Of a stretch of 32,000 nucleotides of DNA, positions 8,397 through 18,949 are shown in pieces (the first letter of the stretch is position 1; every line of letters begins with the position of its first letter). Source of the stretch: Methanothermobacter marburgensis str. Marburg (GTDB lineage Archaea > Methanobacteriota > Methanobacteria > Methanobacteriales > Methanothermobacteraceae); contig NC_014408.1 of assembly GCF_000145295.1 (NCBI RefSeq), positions 210,001 to 242,000 of the forward strand. Direction: 5' to 3'. Under the pieces are notes generated by a model. That model ran no database searches. It saw only the letters and a program-made list of their open reading frames with translations, and was not told the origin of the DNA. Made by a program: the position numbers and the translations under genes.

Positions 8397-9383
8397 ATGG
8401 GAGTTAAATTAAAGGATATAATATCGGCAGAGAAGATAAGGCTTGATGATCTCAGGGGGCGCACCGTTGCAGTTGATGCAGCCAACAGCATATACCAGTT
8501 CCTCTCAAGCATAAGACAGAGGGATGGAACACCCCTCATGGACTCAGAGGGGCGGGTGACATCCCACCTCAGCGGCATACTCTACAGGACAGCGGCGGTG
8601 ATGGAGAGGGATATAAGGATGGCCTATGTTTTTGATGGGAAATCCCATCACCTGAAGGGCGAAACAGTGACAAGGCGTATTGAAACCCGGAAGAAATCTG
8701 AAGTGGAATGGAGGAGGGCCCTTGAGGAGGGGGACATCGAGAGGGCAAGGAAATATGCTGTGAGGTCCTCAAGGATGTCACAGGATATAGTTGAAAGCTC
8801 CAAAAGGCTCCTTGAACTCCTAGGGATCCCATACGTCCAGGCACCGGGAGAAGGCGAGGCACAGGCATCATTCATTGTTAGGAGGGGTGATGCCTGGGCA
8901 GTGGCATCCCAGGACTACGACTGCCTCCTCTTCGGAGCCCCCAGAGTCGTGAGAAACCTCACACTCAGCGGAAAACTGGAGGAACCAGAGATAATTGAAC
9001 TGGAATCTGCCCTCAGAAATCTTTCAATCACCCATGAACAGCTCGTGGACCTGGCACTCCTCGTTGGCACAGACTTCAATGATGGAATAAAGGGGATAGG
9101 CGCCAGGAGGGGACTCAAACTCATAAAGGAAAAGGGTGACGTATTCAGTGTAATTGAGGAGATTGATGGGGACATCGGAGGCGACCCCGAGGTCCTCAGG
9201 GGGATATTCCTTGAACCTGACGTGACCGGGGACTATGAACTGAGATGGAGAAAACCCGATAGGGATGGGGTCATAGACTTCCTATGCGGTGAGCATGGCT
9301 TCTCAGAGGAAAGGGTAATGGCTGCTCTTAAAAAAATTGAAGGGGCTTCATTCACACAGAAAAGCCTTGAAGACTGGTTCTAG
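8397..9383 (+). CDS. fen: Flap endonuclease 1 (FEN-1/XPG family)
   Basis: MGVKLKDII...VAVDAANSIYQFLSSIRQRDGTPLMDSEGRVTSHLSGILYRT, APGEGEAQAS and SQDYDCLLFGAP are XPG-N/XPG-I motifs. Size is 328 aa. Confidence 0.96.
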   Translation: MGVKLKDIISAEKIRLDDLRGRTVAVDAANSIYQFLSSIRQRDGTPLMDSEGRVTSHLSGILYRTAAVMERDIRMAYVFDGKSHHLKGETVTRRIETRKKSEVEWRRALEEGDIERARKYAVRSSRMSQDIVESSKRLLELLGIPYVQAPGEGEAQASFIVRRGDAWAVASQDYDCLLFGAPRVVRNLTLSGKLEEPEIIELESALRNLSITHEQLVDLALLVGTDFNDGIKGIGARRGLKLIKEKGDVFSVIEEIDGDIGGDPEVLRGIFLEPDVTGDYELRWRKPDRDGVIDFLCGEHGFSEERVMAALKKIEGASFTQKSLEDWF

Positions 9384-9517
9384 GATCATGGACTCCACTA
9401 GTTATATGTAATAGGGGGGGTTGTCACCGGACTGGTTCTGAGGATCATGGACTCCACTAGTTATATGTAATAGGGGGGGTTGTCAACGGACTGGTTCTGA
9501 GGATCATGGACTCCACT
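9372..9517. repeat. 59-bp tandem repeat, about 2.5 copies, spanning the convergent fen/helicase gene ends
   Basis: Units are 9372-9429 (58 nt), 9430-9488 (59 nt) and 9489-9517 (partial, 29 nt). Full units differ by a 1-nt indel (TAG vs TGAG) and one C/A substitution. Confidence 0.92.
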
Positions 9518-11495
9518 CCCTCAGATCATCGCCTGATGGTTCATACAGGAATCCCTGGTCCCTGCAGTATTCAATCAGCCTCCGGTAGGAGGGGTGGGAT
9601 GAGAGGGTACCTGTATCACCTATTATTATGAGTTTGCGCCTTGCCCGTGTAAGTGAAACATTGAGCCTCCTGAGGTCCCTGAGGAAACCTATGTTACCTT
9701 CACTGTTACTTCTAACCATTGAGATGATGATGACCTCCCTCTCACGTCCCTGGAAACCATCCACACTGTTAACCTCAACACCGGTCATGGAGGATATCAG
9801 GTCCACCTGGTCGTCGTAGGGTGTTATTATACCGATCTCCTCTTCTTTCACACCCATCCTGATGAGTGCACCAGCGATTATAACTGCAAGGTCAGCCTCA
9901 AGGGGGTTCTGGATTGATGTTGATCCCTTCAGCCTCCTCTCACCCCTCCCAACCTTTGAGGTATCAATAAAGAGGACAGGGTCCCTTTCCGCAAGTTTTC
10001 TGTGAGGCATTGAGTCAGGGATCTCAGTGGATATAACATCCAGTACTGAGATTTCCTCAAGGGAGGGATGGGCCCTTATCCTCCCCCCATAGAACTCCCT
10101 GTTCGGGAACTCCATTATGGCAGGGTTCATACGGTACTGGCAGTTCAGCATCCATGAATTCTCAGGGTATGAACCTATGAGCTCCTCAAAGAGTGTCACC
10201 TCCAGTTCAGAGGCCTCAGGGTTCAGTATGGTTGGCGGAAGCTGCCGGTGGTCCCCTGCCAGCACGAACCTTGGTGCACGTGAGAGTGGTATGAGTATGC
10301 TGGGGATTGTGGCCTGGGATGCCTCGTCGACAATTGCAACATCGAACTTCACATTATCTATGTACTCGAGGGCCGCAGATGAGTTGGTTGCAAGGACAAC
10401 CTGGCTGTTACGGATTATCCTGTCAACGATTTCAACTTCAATCTCCTGCATCTTCCTGTGGAGTTCATCTATCTGCTGGTTGACCTCTATCCAGCGGGCC
10501 ATGGATATCATCACATTTGGGGATATGCCACGGGCACCCCTCCTCTTTGTGGCGTTGATCATTATCTGACTGTCTGTGAGCCCCCTGCGCAGCTGGGGGG
10601 TGGGTTTATGGTGCCTTTCACGTTCCTCAATGAGCCCGTCAATCCTCTCCTGGTATTCGAGGACCCTCCTGTACTCGGGGTGGTTCTCAAGTTTATATGC
10701 AAGTGTCTCCTGCAGGTTTGTCCTGGAGACCCTCTGGGGGTGTCCTAGACGGACACATCTCAGATGACCCGCGATTCCCTCAAGGAGGTTATCAACTGCA
10801 GCGTTGCTCTCAGCCGTCACAAGGACACGGTTACCTCTCCTGACCTCCTGCCTTATGAGTTCATGGAGTGTACGGGTCTTTCCTGTACCGAAGGGTCCGT
10901 GTATAAGGAAGAAATCATCTGAACCCAGGGCCCTCATTATAGCCTCCCTCTGTGACCTGTTGAGTTCAGGGTCCACTGGTTCAAATTCAACAATCTGGTG
11001 ACCAGATGGCTTTTCATCCCCCAGCAGAAACCTTAAAACCCTGAACACATTCCTGCCGGCACCCCTGAGGTTGTCTATCATCCTCTGGAATGTTATATCG
11101 TTGGCGTAGAGGTCCACCCTGACGTTCCTCAGGGCCCAGCGGGGGACACTTTCAAGGGCAACCACAATGAAGCGTTTACCCTTCGCCGCCACGGTACCTG
11201 TGAGGTCACTTCTGAGGGGGTTTCCACGGCTTATCAGGACAAGGTCACCCACTGATATCTGGGTATCTATGGGTTCCCTCCTCCCGTATTTCACGAGATG
11301 GAATCCAAGTTCACGCCCGGTTACCTTACCGTTAAGGCCATTTATGGCCCTCCCTACCCTTTCACGCTTCTGGGGGGATAACCTCCTTATCTCATTCATC
11401 ATGGCGTTTATTTCCGCCTCCCTCTCCATCTCAACAAGTTTAATAAGCCTCTTTATGTATGATTTCACACTGATAGTATCCACCCCGGATTTCAC
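9504..11495 (-). CDS. Superfamily-1 helicase, Upf1/DNA2/IGHMBP2-like
   Basis: Shows GPFGTGKT (Walker A), VDEASQ (Walker B/motif II), LAGDHRQLPPT, VDGFQGREREVIIISMVRSN and RRLNVSLTRARRKLIIIG. GTG start at 11495 with a weak SD; the start is uncertain by a few codons. Confidence 0.85.
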   Translation of the reverse strand: MKSGVDTISVKSYIKRLIKLVEMEREAEINAMMNEIRRLSPQKRERVGRAINGLNGKVTGRELGFHLVKYGRREPIDTQISVGDLVLISRGNPLRSDLTGTVAAKGKRFIVVALESVPRWALRNVRVDLYANDITFQRMIDNLRGAGRNVFRVLRFLLGDEKPSGHQIVEFEPVDPELNRSQREAIMRALGSDDFFLIHGPFGTGKTRTLHELIRQEVRRGNRVLVTAESNAAVDNLLEGIAGHLRCVRLGHPQRVSRTNLQETLAYKLENHPEYRRVLEYQERIDGLIEERERHHKPTPQLRRGLTDSQIMINATKRRGARGISPNVMISMARWIEVNQQIDELHRKMQEIEVEIVDRIIRNSQVVLATNSSAALEYIDNVKFDVAIVDEASQATIPSILIPLSRAPRFVLAGDHRQLPPTILNPEASELEVTLFEELIGSYPENSWMLNCQYRMNPAIMEFPNREFYGGRIRAHPSLEEISVLDVISTEIPDSMPHRKLAERDPVLFIDTSKVGRGERRLKGSTSIQNPLEADLAVIIAGALIRMGVKEEEIGIITPYDDQVDLISSMTGVEVNSVDGFQGREREVIIISMVRSNSEGNIGFLRDLRRLNVSLTRARRKLIIIGDTGTLSSHPSYRRLIEYCRDQGFLYEPSGDDLREWSP

Positions 11496-11542
11496 CTGAG
11501 GTAATCCAGTACCTCATTTTCATTAAATGATTTTCCATTCAT

Positions 11543-12148
11543 CTAGAAGGGGGGGTATTCCCCGAAGAACTCCCTGGCGTATCTCCTGGCGGTTTCAACC
11601 TGCTCAGGGTATCTCCTGCCAAGGCGCTCTTCCAGTTCTTCACGGGTCTCTGATGAGGCAACGATCTTCAGGAAATTCACGTAAACCTCAAGTCCATCAG
11701 CTTCATCCCTGGGACTCCTTAGACAGGGCATCTCAATGGTCAGGCAGATATCCTCGCGTTTGAAGAGTTTCTTGCGTATGTGGGGTGATACCGACCCTAT
11801 CAGGACACCCCTCTCCAGTTCTATGAGGGGAGGGACACCATCCCTGCTCCTCCTTGAGGGATCCGTTAACCGGCCGTAACTTTCCTCCCTGTAGCAGTGG
11901 GCCTCCAGGTATGTTGATGGCCGGTACTTCTCTATGAGCCCGATTATCTCCATTCCCTGCTGGCTCATGTAATAATTGGGGTCAAGTGTGCTCAGGTACT
12001 CTGTGGGGTTGCAGCTGTATATTATCAGCTTTCCCCTCCTGATGTCATTGAAACCAAGCCTCTTGAGGGCCCTTATAGCTGTGAAGCCCTCCTTTCCATG
12101 CACACCACCAACAAAGAGCCTTACAGGACCTTTGCCCTTATCTATCAT
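11543..12148 (-). CDS. Conserved archaeal hypothetical protein with a succinylglutamate-desuccinylase/M14-like GGxHGxE motif
   Basis: FVGGVHGKEG resembles the zinc-binding HxxE motif of the AstE/AspA and M14 families, with a later EAHCY. The track ORF starts at TTG 12199 and overlaps the ahcY 3' end. Alternative starts are TTG 12163 (AGGAGG 6 nt upstream) and ATG 12148. I list the ATG; the start is uncertain. Confidence 0.5.
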   Translation of the reverse strand: MIDKGKGPVRLFVGGVHGKEGFTAIRALKRLGFNDIRRGKLIIYSCNPTEYLSTLDPNYYMSQQGMEIIGLIEKYRPSTYLEAHCYREESYGRLTDPSRRSRDGVPPLIELERGVLIGSVSPHIRKKLFKREDICLTIEMPCLRSPRDEADGLEVYVNFLKIVASSETREELEERLGRRYPEQVETARRYAREFFGEYPPF

Positions 12149-12173
12149 CCTGAAGAAACCCAAGTTCTTCCTC

Positions 12174-13427
12174 CTATGTCCCCTCTTCCCAGTTTTCAAG
12201 GTACCTTATCTGTTTCTCTGTCAGTTCATCGATCTGGATTCCCATGGCCTCCAGTTTCATCTCCGCAACCCGCATGTCTATCTCATCAGGGGCCCTGTAT
12301 ACGCCGGGTTCAGGTTTTTCACTGAGGAGGTGTCTCGCTGATAGTGCCTGCATTGCAAAGCTCATGTCCATTATCTCTGCGGGGTGACCCTGACCCCTCT
12401 CTGAGGCAAGGTTCACAAGTCTCCCCTCGGCAAGGAGGTATAATTTGCGCCCATCAGGCATGATGAAGACCTCTATGTCCTCCTTAACCAGCCTTTTTTC
12501 CTCGGATAACCTTTCAAGGTCCTTCCTGTTTATTTCAACGTTGAAGTGACCTGCATTTGCCATCACACAGCCGTCCTTCATGTTCATAAAGTCATCACCC
12601 GCAACCACATCGGTGTTTCCTGTTGCAGTTACGAGTATATCCGCATGTTTAACGGCCTCTGATACCTTCATAACTCTGAATCCATCCATACGGGCCTCAA
12701 GTGCCCTTATGGGGTTAACTTCGGTTACTATGACGTTCGCGCCAAGACCCTGGGCCCTCAGGGCTATTCCGCGCCCGCACCATCCATAGCCACACACCAC
12801 AACGGTTTTGCCTGCTATGAGCATGTTGGTGGTCCCCATTATGGAGTCAAATGTGGACTGCCCGGTCCCGTAGCGGTTGTCGAATAGGTACTTTGTGTAG
12901 GCGTCGTTCACGGCCATGACTGGAAATTCAAGGGCACCATCGGCTGCCATGGCTTTTAGTCGGTGTATACCTGTTGTTGTCTCCTCACAGGCACCTATTA
13001 TCCCATCCAGGAGTTCCCTCCTTTCCCTGTGGACCAGGAATATCATGTCCGCCCCGTCGTCTATGAGGATGTCGGGTTCATGGTCCAGGACACGGTGTAT
13101 GTTTTCATAGTACTCCTCATTGGTTTCACCGCGCCAGCCGTACATGTTGAGGCCCATTTTTGCTCCAGCGGCGGCTGCATCGTCCTGGGTTGATAGGGGG
13201 TTGCAACCTGTCATGGCAACCTCTGCACCGCCCGCCAGGAGGGTGAGTCCCAGGTTTATGGTCTTTGGTTCTATATGGAGGCATGAGGCTACTGTGATCC
13301 CCTCGAATGGTTTTTCCTCTGAGAAGTCCCTTTTGATCCTTTCAAGTACAGGCATGTGTTCCTGAACCCACTGGATCTTCTTTTTGCCCTGAGGGGCAAG
13401 TGAAATGTCTTTAACATTATATGGCAT
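12174..13427 (-). CDS. ahcY: S-adenosyl-L-homocysteine hydrolase family (archaeal type; may act on S-inosylhomocysteine in methanogens)
   Basis: 417 aa. Shows [31 protein letters not shown], the [11 protein letters not shown]-binding loop and HFNVEI. Strong CCTGGTGATACC SD before the ATG. Confidence 0.95.
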   Translation of the reverse strand: MPYNVKDISLAPQGKKKIQWVQEHMPVLERIKRDFSEEKPFEGITVASCLHIEPKTINLGLTLLAGGAEVAMTGCNPLSTQDDAAAAGAKMGLNMYGWRGETNEEYYENIHRVLDHEPDILIDDGADMIFLVHRERRELLDGIIGACEETTTGIHRLKAMAADGALEFPVMAVNDAYTKYLFDNRYGTGQSTFDSIMGTTNMLIAGKTVVVCGYGWCGRGIALRAQGLGANVIVTEVNPIRALEARMDGFRVMKVSEAVKHADILVTATGNTDVVAGDDFMNMKDGCVMANAGHFNVEINRKDLERLSEEKRLVKEDIEVFIMPDGRKLYLLAEGRLVNLASERGQGHPAEIMDMSFAMQALSARHLLSEKPEPGVYRAPDEIDMRVAEMKLEAMGIQIDELTEKQIRYLENWEEGT

Positions 13428-14059
13428 GGTATCACCAGGTTAACTTAATTCATTGACTTTAGATAATAGTTGGAATGACCACTTAAAAATAGTTATGAAG
13501 AGGTCTTCTGGTGACTCTTCGCAGTATTTCATTATTTCACTTTCTCAATCCACAACAGAAGGCTGTTAATGATCCATATAATTGCTTAAATTTTGTTTTT
13601 TTAGATTATAAAGATTTAAAGGATTTTGATTCAATAATTGAAATTCCGATAAACTCTTTGAAATCATAAAATATTTTTAATGATTCTAATGATCATATAT
13701 CACGCTAAAAATTATTTTTAAAAATTTTAATCCAATTAAATTATTTTTTGAGACCATTAAAGGGATATCCTCCAGAAGTTTTTGACCATTTTCCAGCCAG
13801 CATTTTATAATAACCCTATGTTATTTTAAGCTTATTTTATAATTAAAATGTCTCATAGTTCATTTTTAACTTTTTATCTCGCTAAAATTCTGATTTTCAT
13901 TTTTTAAATTATTCATGATCTTTATTTTTTAATTATAAATCCCAACAGCAAGTCGTCTGTCAATATAAATGAACTGCATTATTGGGGATCGACAAATTTA
14001 TAAGTCTGAGAGAAGAAACCTTAGAGTGATATAGGTCAAATAGAGAAAAAATCCGCCCT
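13428..14059 (+). promoter_or_regulatory. AT-rich ORF-free CRISPR leader (also contains the divergent ahcY promoter at its left edge)
   Basis: 632 bp, visibly the most AT-rich stretch of the window, with no ORF of 60 aa or more. It lies 5' of the array in the orientation where repeats end in ATTGAAAT. TATA-like TTTATAAG lies about 50 nt before repeat 1. Confidence 0.65.
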
Positions 14060-16411
14060 GTTAAAATCAGACCAAAATGGGATTGAAATGAAGAAAACGT
14101 TGAGGCTCCTGGAGCTGCTGACGCGGTTAAAATCAGACCAAAATGGGATTGAAATTCACAGAGTTCACACCACAAAACGAGAAAGTCAGAAGTTAAAATC
14201 AGACCAAAATGGGATTGAAATCACTCTCAACTGCGGATGCGGAGTCACCTATCAAATGAGTTAAAATCAGACCAAAATGGGATTGAAATTTTTTGGGGGT
14301 GGGGGTGGTGTCCCCCCTAGATTAGGTTAAAATCAGACCAAAATGGGATTGAAATGAATGATTCATTCGTCCGGTAGAAGTAGATGAAAGCGTTAAAATC
14401 AGACCAAAATGGGATTGAAATGGTTTCATGTTTCCGCTGAGAACGAGGAAATTCGCGTGTTAAAATCAGACCAAAATGGGATTGAAATTCTATGAATCTT
14501 TCACGCACCCACATGTGACCGAGTTAAAATCAGACCAAAATGGGATTGAAATTGGATTTCCTTGTATCTTCTGAAGATTTCATCGTATGTTAAAATCAGA
14601 CCAAAATGGGATTGAAATACAATCAGCAGGCACCCTTGCATGGATCAAAGCACTCGTTAAAATCAGACCAAAATGGGATTGAAATTCAAGATGGTCTGTA
14701 ATGACTCCTCCGCCTCCCATAATGAGTTAAAATCAGACCAAAATGGGATTGAAATAAACTACCCCTCACCGACCCAAAACAGATCACACCAGGTTAAAAT
14801 CAGACCAAAATGGGATTGAAATTGGTCGGATCAGCAACCATAACAAGCCCTTTCTTAAGTTAAAATCAGACCAAAATGGGATTGAAATCTTCCATACCAG
14901 CATGTAGTATATTACCCACACCAGGTTAAAATCAGACCAAAATGGGATTGAAATCGAGGTAGTCAGAGGGATAGATGAGGACCTATACAGGTTAAAATCA
15001 GACCAAAATGGGATTGAAATTGGAGGAACCCGTAGAGATAGAACTCGAGGACTGGGTTAAAATCAGACCAAAATGGGATTGAAATAGACAGGAACGCGGA
15101 GAAAATCATCCGCGTCCAGAGCGTTAAAATCAGACCAAAATGGGATTGAAATTGAGAATGACTTCCAGGACAAAAGCATCCAGGCACTTGTTAAAATCAG
15201 ACCAAAATGGGATTGAAATTGTCATGGTGTTTTGGATGATTGCGCCCGGTTTCTGTTGTTAAAATCAGACCAAAATGGGATTGAAATTCTTCGATTAGGC
15301 TGGCTTTGAGTTCATTGTTTTCTGTGTTAAAATCAGACCAAAATGGGATTGAAATTTTCTTCACAAGGACACTCGCCAGCCGCATACTAGAGTTAAAATC
15401 AGACCAAAATGGGATTGAAATTGTACAGGTTTCCGTCCTGGTCTTCGTAGAAGTGGAGTTAAAATCAGACCAAAATGGGATTGAAATTCTTTCCCTTGGA
15501 TCTCCGCATCTCTGCGGAGATCTGTTAAAATCAGACCAAAATGGGATTGAAATCAGCAAAAGCAGAAGGAATCTACAACCCAGTTGCAAGTTAAAATCAG
15601 ACCAAAATGGGATTGAAATACTCAAAGTGATTACTCTATCTCTCTGAATTGTAATGAGTTAAAATCAGACCAAAATGGGATTGAAATGAATAGGGTCTTT
15701 TGATATAGTCCACCATAGTGTTTCGTTAAAATCAGACCAAAATGGGATTGAAATAAGTCTACAAAGACACAGACAAAACCAACAAATATGTTAAAATCAG
15801 ACCAAAATGGGATTGAAATCCCCGTGGCCTGGTTGTACTCGTATTGTGTTTCGAATGGTTAAAATCAGACCAAAATGGGATTGAAATGAGGATCGTGCAG
15901 ATTTCGTGAGAGAAGGTATTCAGTTAAAATCAGACCAAAATGGGATTGAAATCAGGGCAGAAGGTTAAGATAACCCCCCATCTTAGGTTAAAATCAGACC
16001 AAAATGGGATTGAAATGAGCAGGTAATCTGCTGGTAGGAACTGTGTCTTGTTCAGTTAAAATCAGACCAAAATGGGATTGAAATGATAGTTCCAGGGCGT
16101 TTTCGAGTTTCCTTTTGTTAAAATCAGACCAAAATGGGATTGAAATTTGTGAGTTCGCGGGCTAATTCTAGGGGTGGTTTCGTTAAAATCAGACCAAAAT
16201 GGGATTGAAATTCATCTATGATCACATCTAATTGGTGCTGCCTGAGTGGTTAAAATCAGACCAAAATGGGATTGAAATCAAAAATAAGAAAACAAGGAAG
16301 CTACTACTATGTAGGTTAAAATCAGACCAAAATGGGATTGAAATCATATACCAGCTGATTATTAAGGGGGCAAGGTATTATGTTAAAATCAGACCAAAAT
16401 GGGATTGAAAT
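14060..16411 (+). CRISPR. CRISPR array: 36 x 30-nt repeat GTTAAAATCAGACCAAAATGGGATTGAAAT with 35 unique spacers (32-40 nt, mode 36)
   Basis: I located every repeat by hand: first 14060-14089, last 16382-16411. All 36 read identically, including the terminal one. Repeat plus spacer lengths sum exactly to 2352 nt. Strand is assigned from the 3'-terminal ATTGAAAT (the 8-nt crRNA 5'-handle type of archaeal Cas6 systems) and the leader position. Confidence 0.98.
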
Positions 16412-16432
16412 GCTTATTTATTGTGAATTTTC

Positions 16433-16482
16433 AAAAAAAACGTCCTTTGAATTAAAAATGTGTATAAATTCGTTTAAAAAAA
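16433..16482 (-). terminator. Oligo-T terminator tracts downstream of cdc48
   Basis: On the minus strand, T7 (16476-16482) lies 11 nt after the cdc48 stop and T8 (16433-16440) lies further on. Archaeal RNA polymerase terminates at oligo-T. These tracts would also shield the array from antisense read-through. Confidence 0.5.
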
Positions 16483-16492
16483 TTTAGAGAGG

Positions 16493-18745
<2,253 letters not shown>

Positions 18746-18838
18746 TTAGTAAACTTAAGTTACTATAATATTGAAGTAAGTCATCATATATAAAGTTTTC
18801 GGTATATTTATATAGTAATAGCAGAAGCAATTAATACT

Positions 18839-18941
18839 TACCCGCTGGTCAACTTTAGCAATCTCTAAGAGGTAGGGGGCGCTGAATTAACAGCACCCTC
18901 CATCATACCCGCCGGTCCACTTTAGCAATCTCTAGGAGAGG
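18839..18941. repeat. Imperfect ~34-nt direct repeat pair (67-bp offset) flanking a hairpin, between the tyrA stop and the cdc48 promoter
   Basis: TACCCGCTGGTCAACTTTAGCAATCTCTAAGAGG (18839-18872) versus TACCCGCCGGTCCACTTTAGCAATCTCTAGGAGAGG (18906-18941). Between them lies GGGGCGCTG-AATTAA-CAGCACCCT (18876-18899), a 9-bp stem with one mismatch and one G-U pair. Confidence 0.7.
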
Positions 18942-18949
18942 TGTGGCTG

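Noticed and set aside
9372-9517. Possible mini-CRISPR (29-nt repeat, 30-nt 'spacer', 3 repeats)
   Set aside because: The two 'spacers' are identical apart from one base, so this is a plain tandem duplication. The repeat is unrelated to the genuine CRISPR repeat and consists of the gene 3' ends.
13637-13644. ATTGAAAT (the repeat 3' handle) inside the leader, as a possible degenerate extra repeat
   Set aside because: Only 8 nt match and the flanking sequence has no similarity to the rest of the repeat. This is plausible by chance in AT-rich DNA.
13960-15647. Track ORFs inside the CRISPR array (13960..14175, 14317..14514, 14963..15187, 15197..15625, 15306..15647), with recurring peptides ISIPFWSDFN / FQSHFGLILT / LKSDQNGIEI
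   Set aside because: The recurring peptides are simply the 30-nt repeat translated in different frames. The ORFs exist only because the repeats lack stops in those frames.
16412-16492. Alternative leader at the right end of the array
   Set aside because: The region is only 81 bp and is occupied by oligo-T terminators of cdc48. Repeat polarity (3' ATTGAAAT) and the 632-bp AT-rich region point to the left end.
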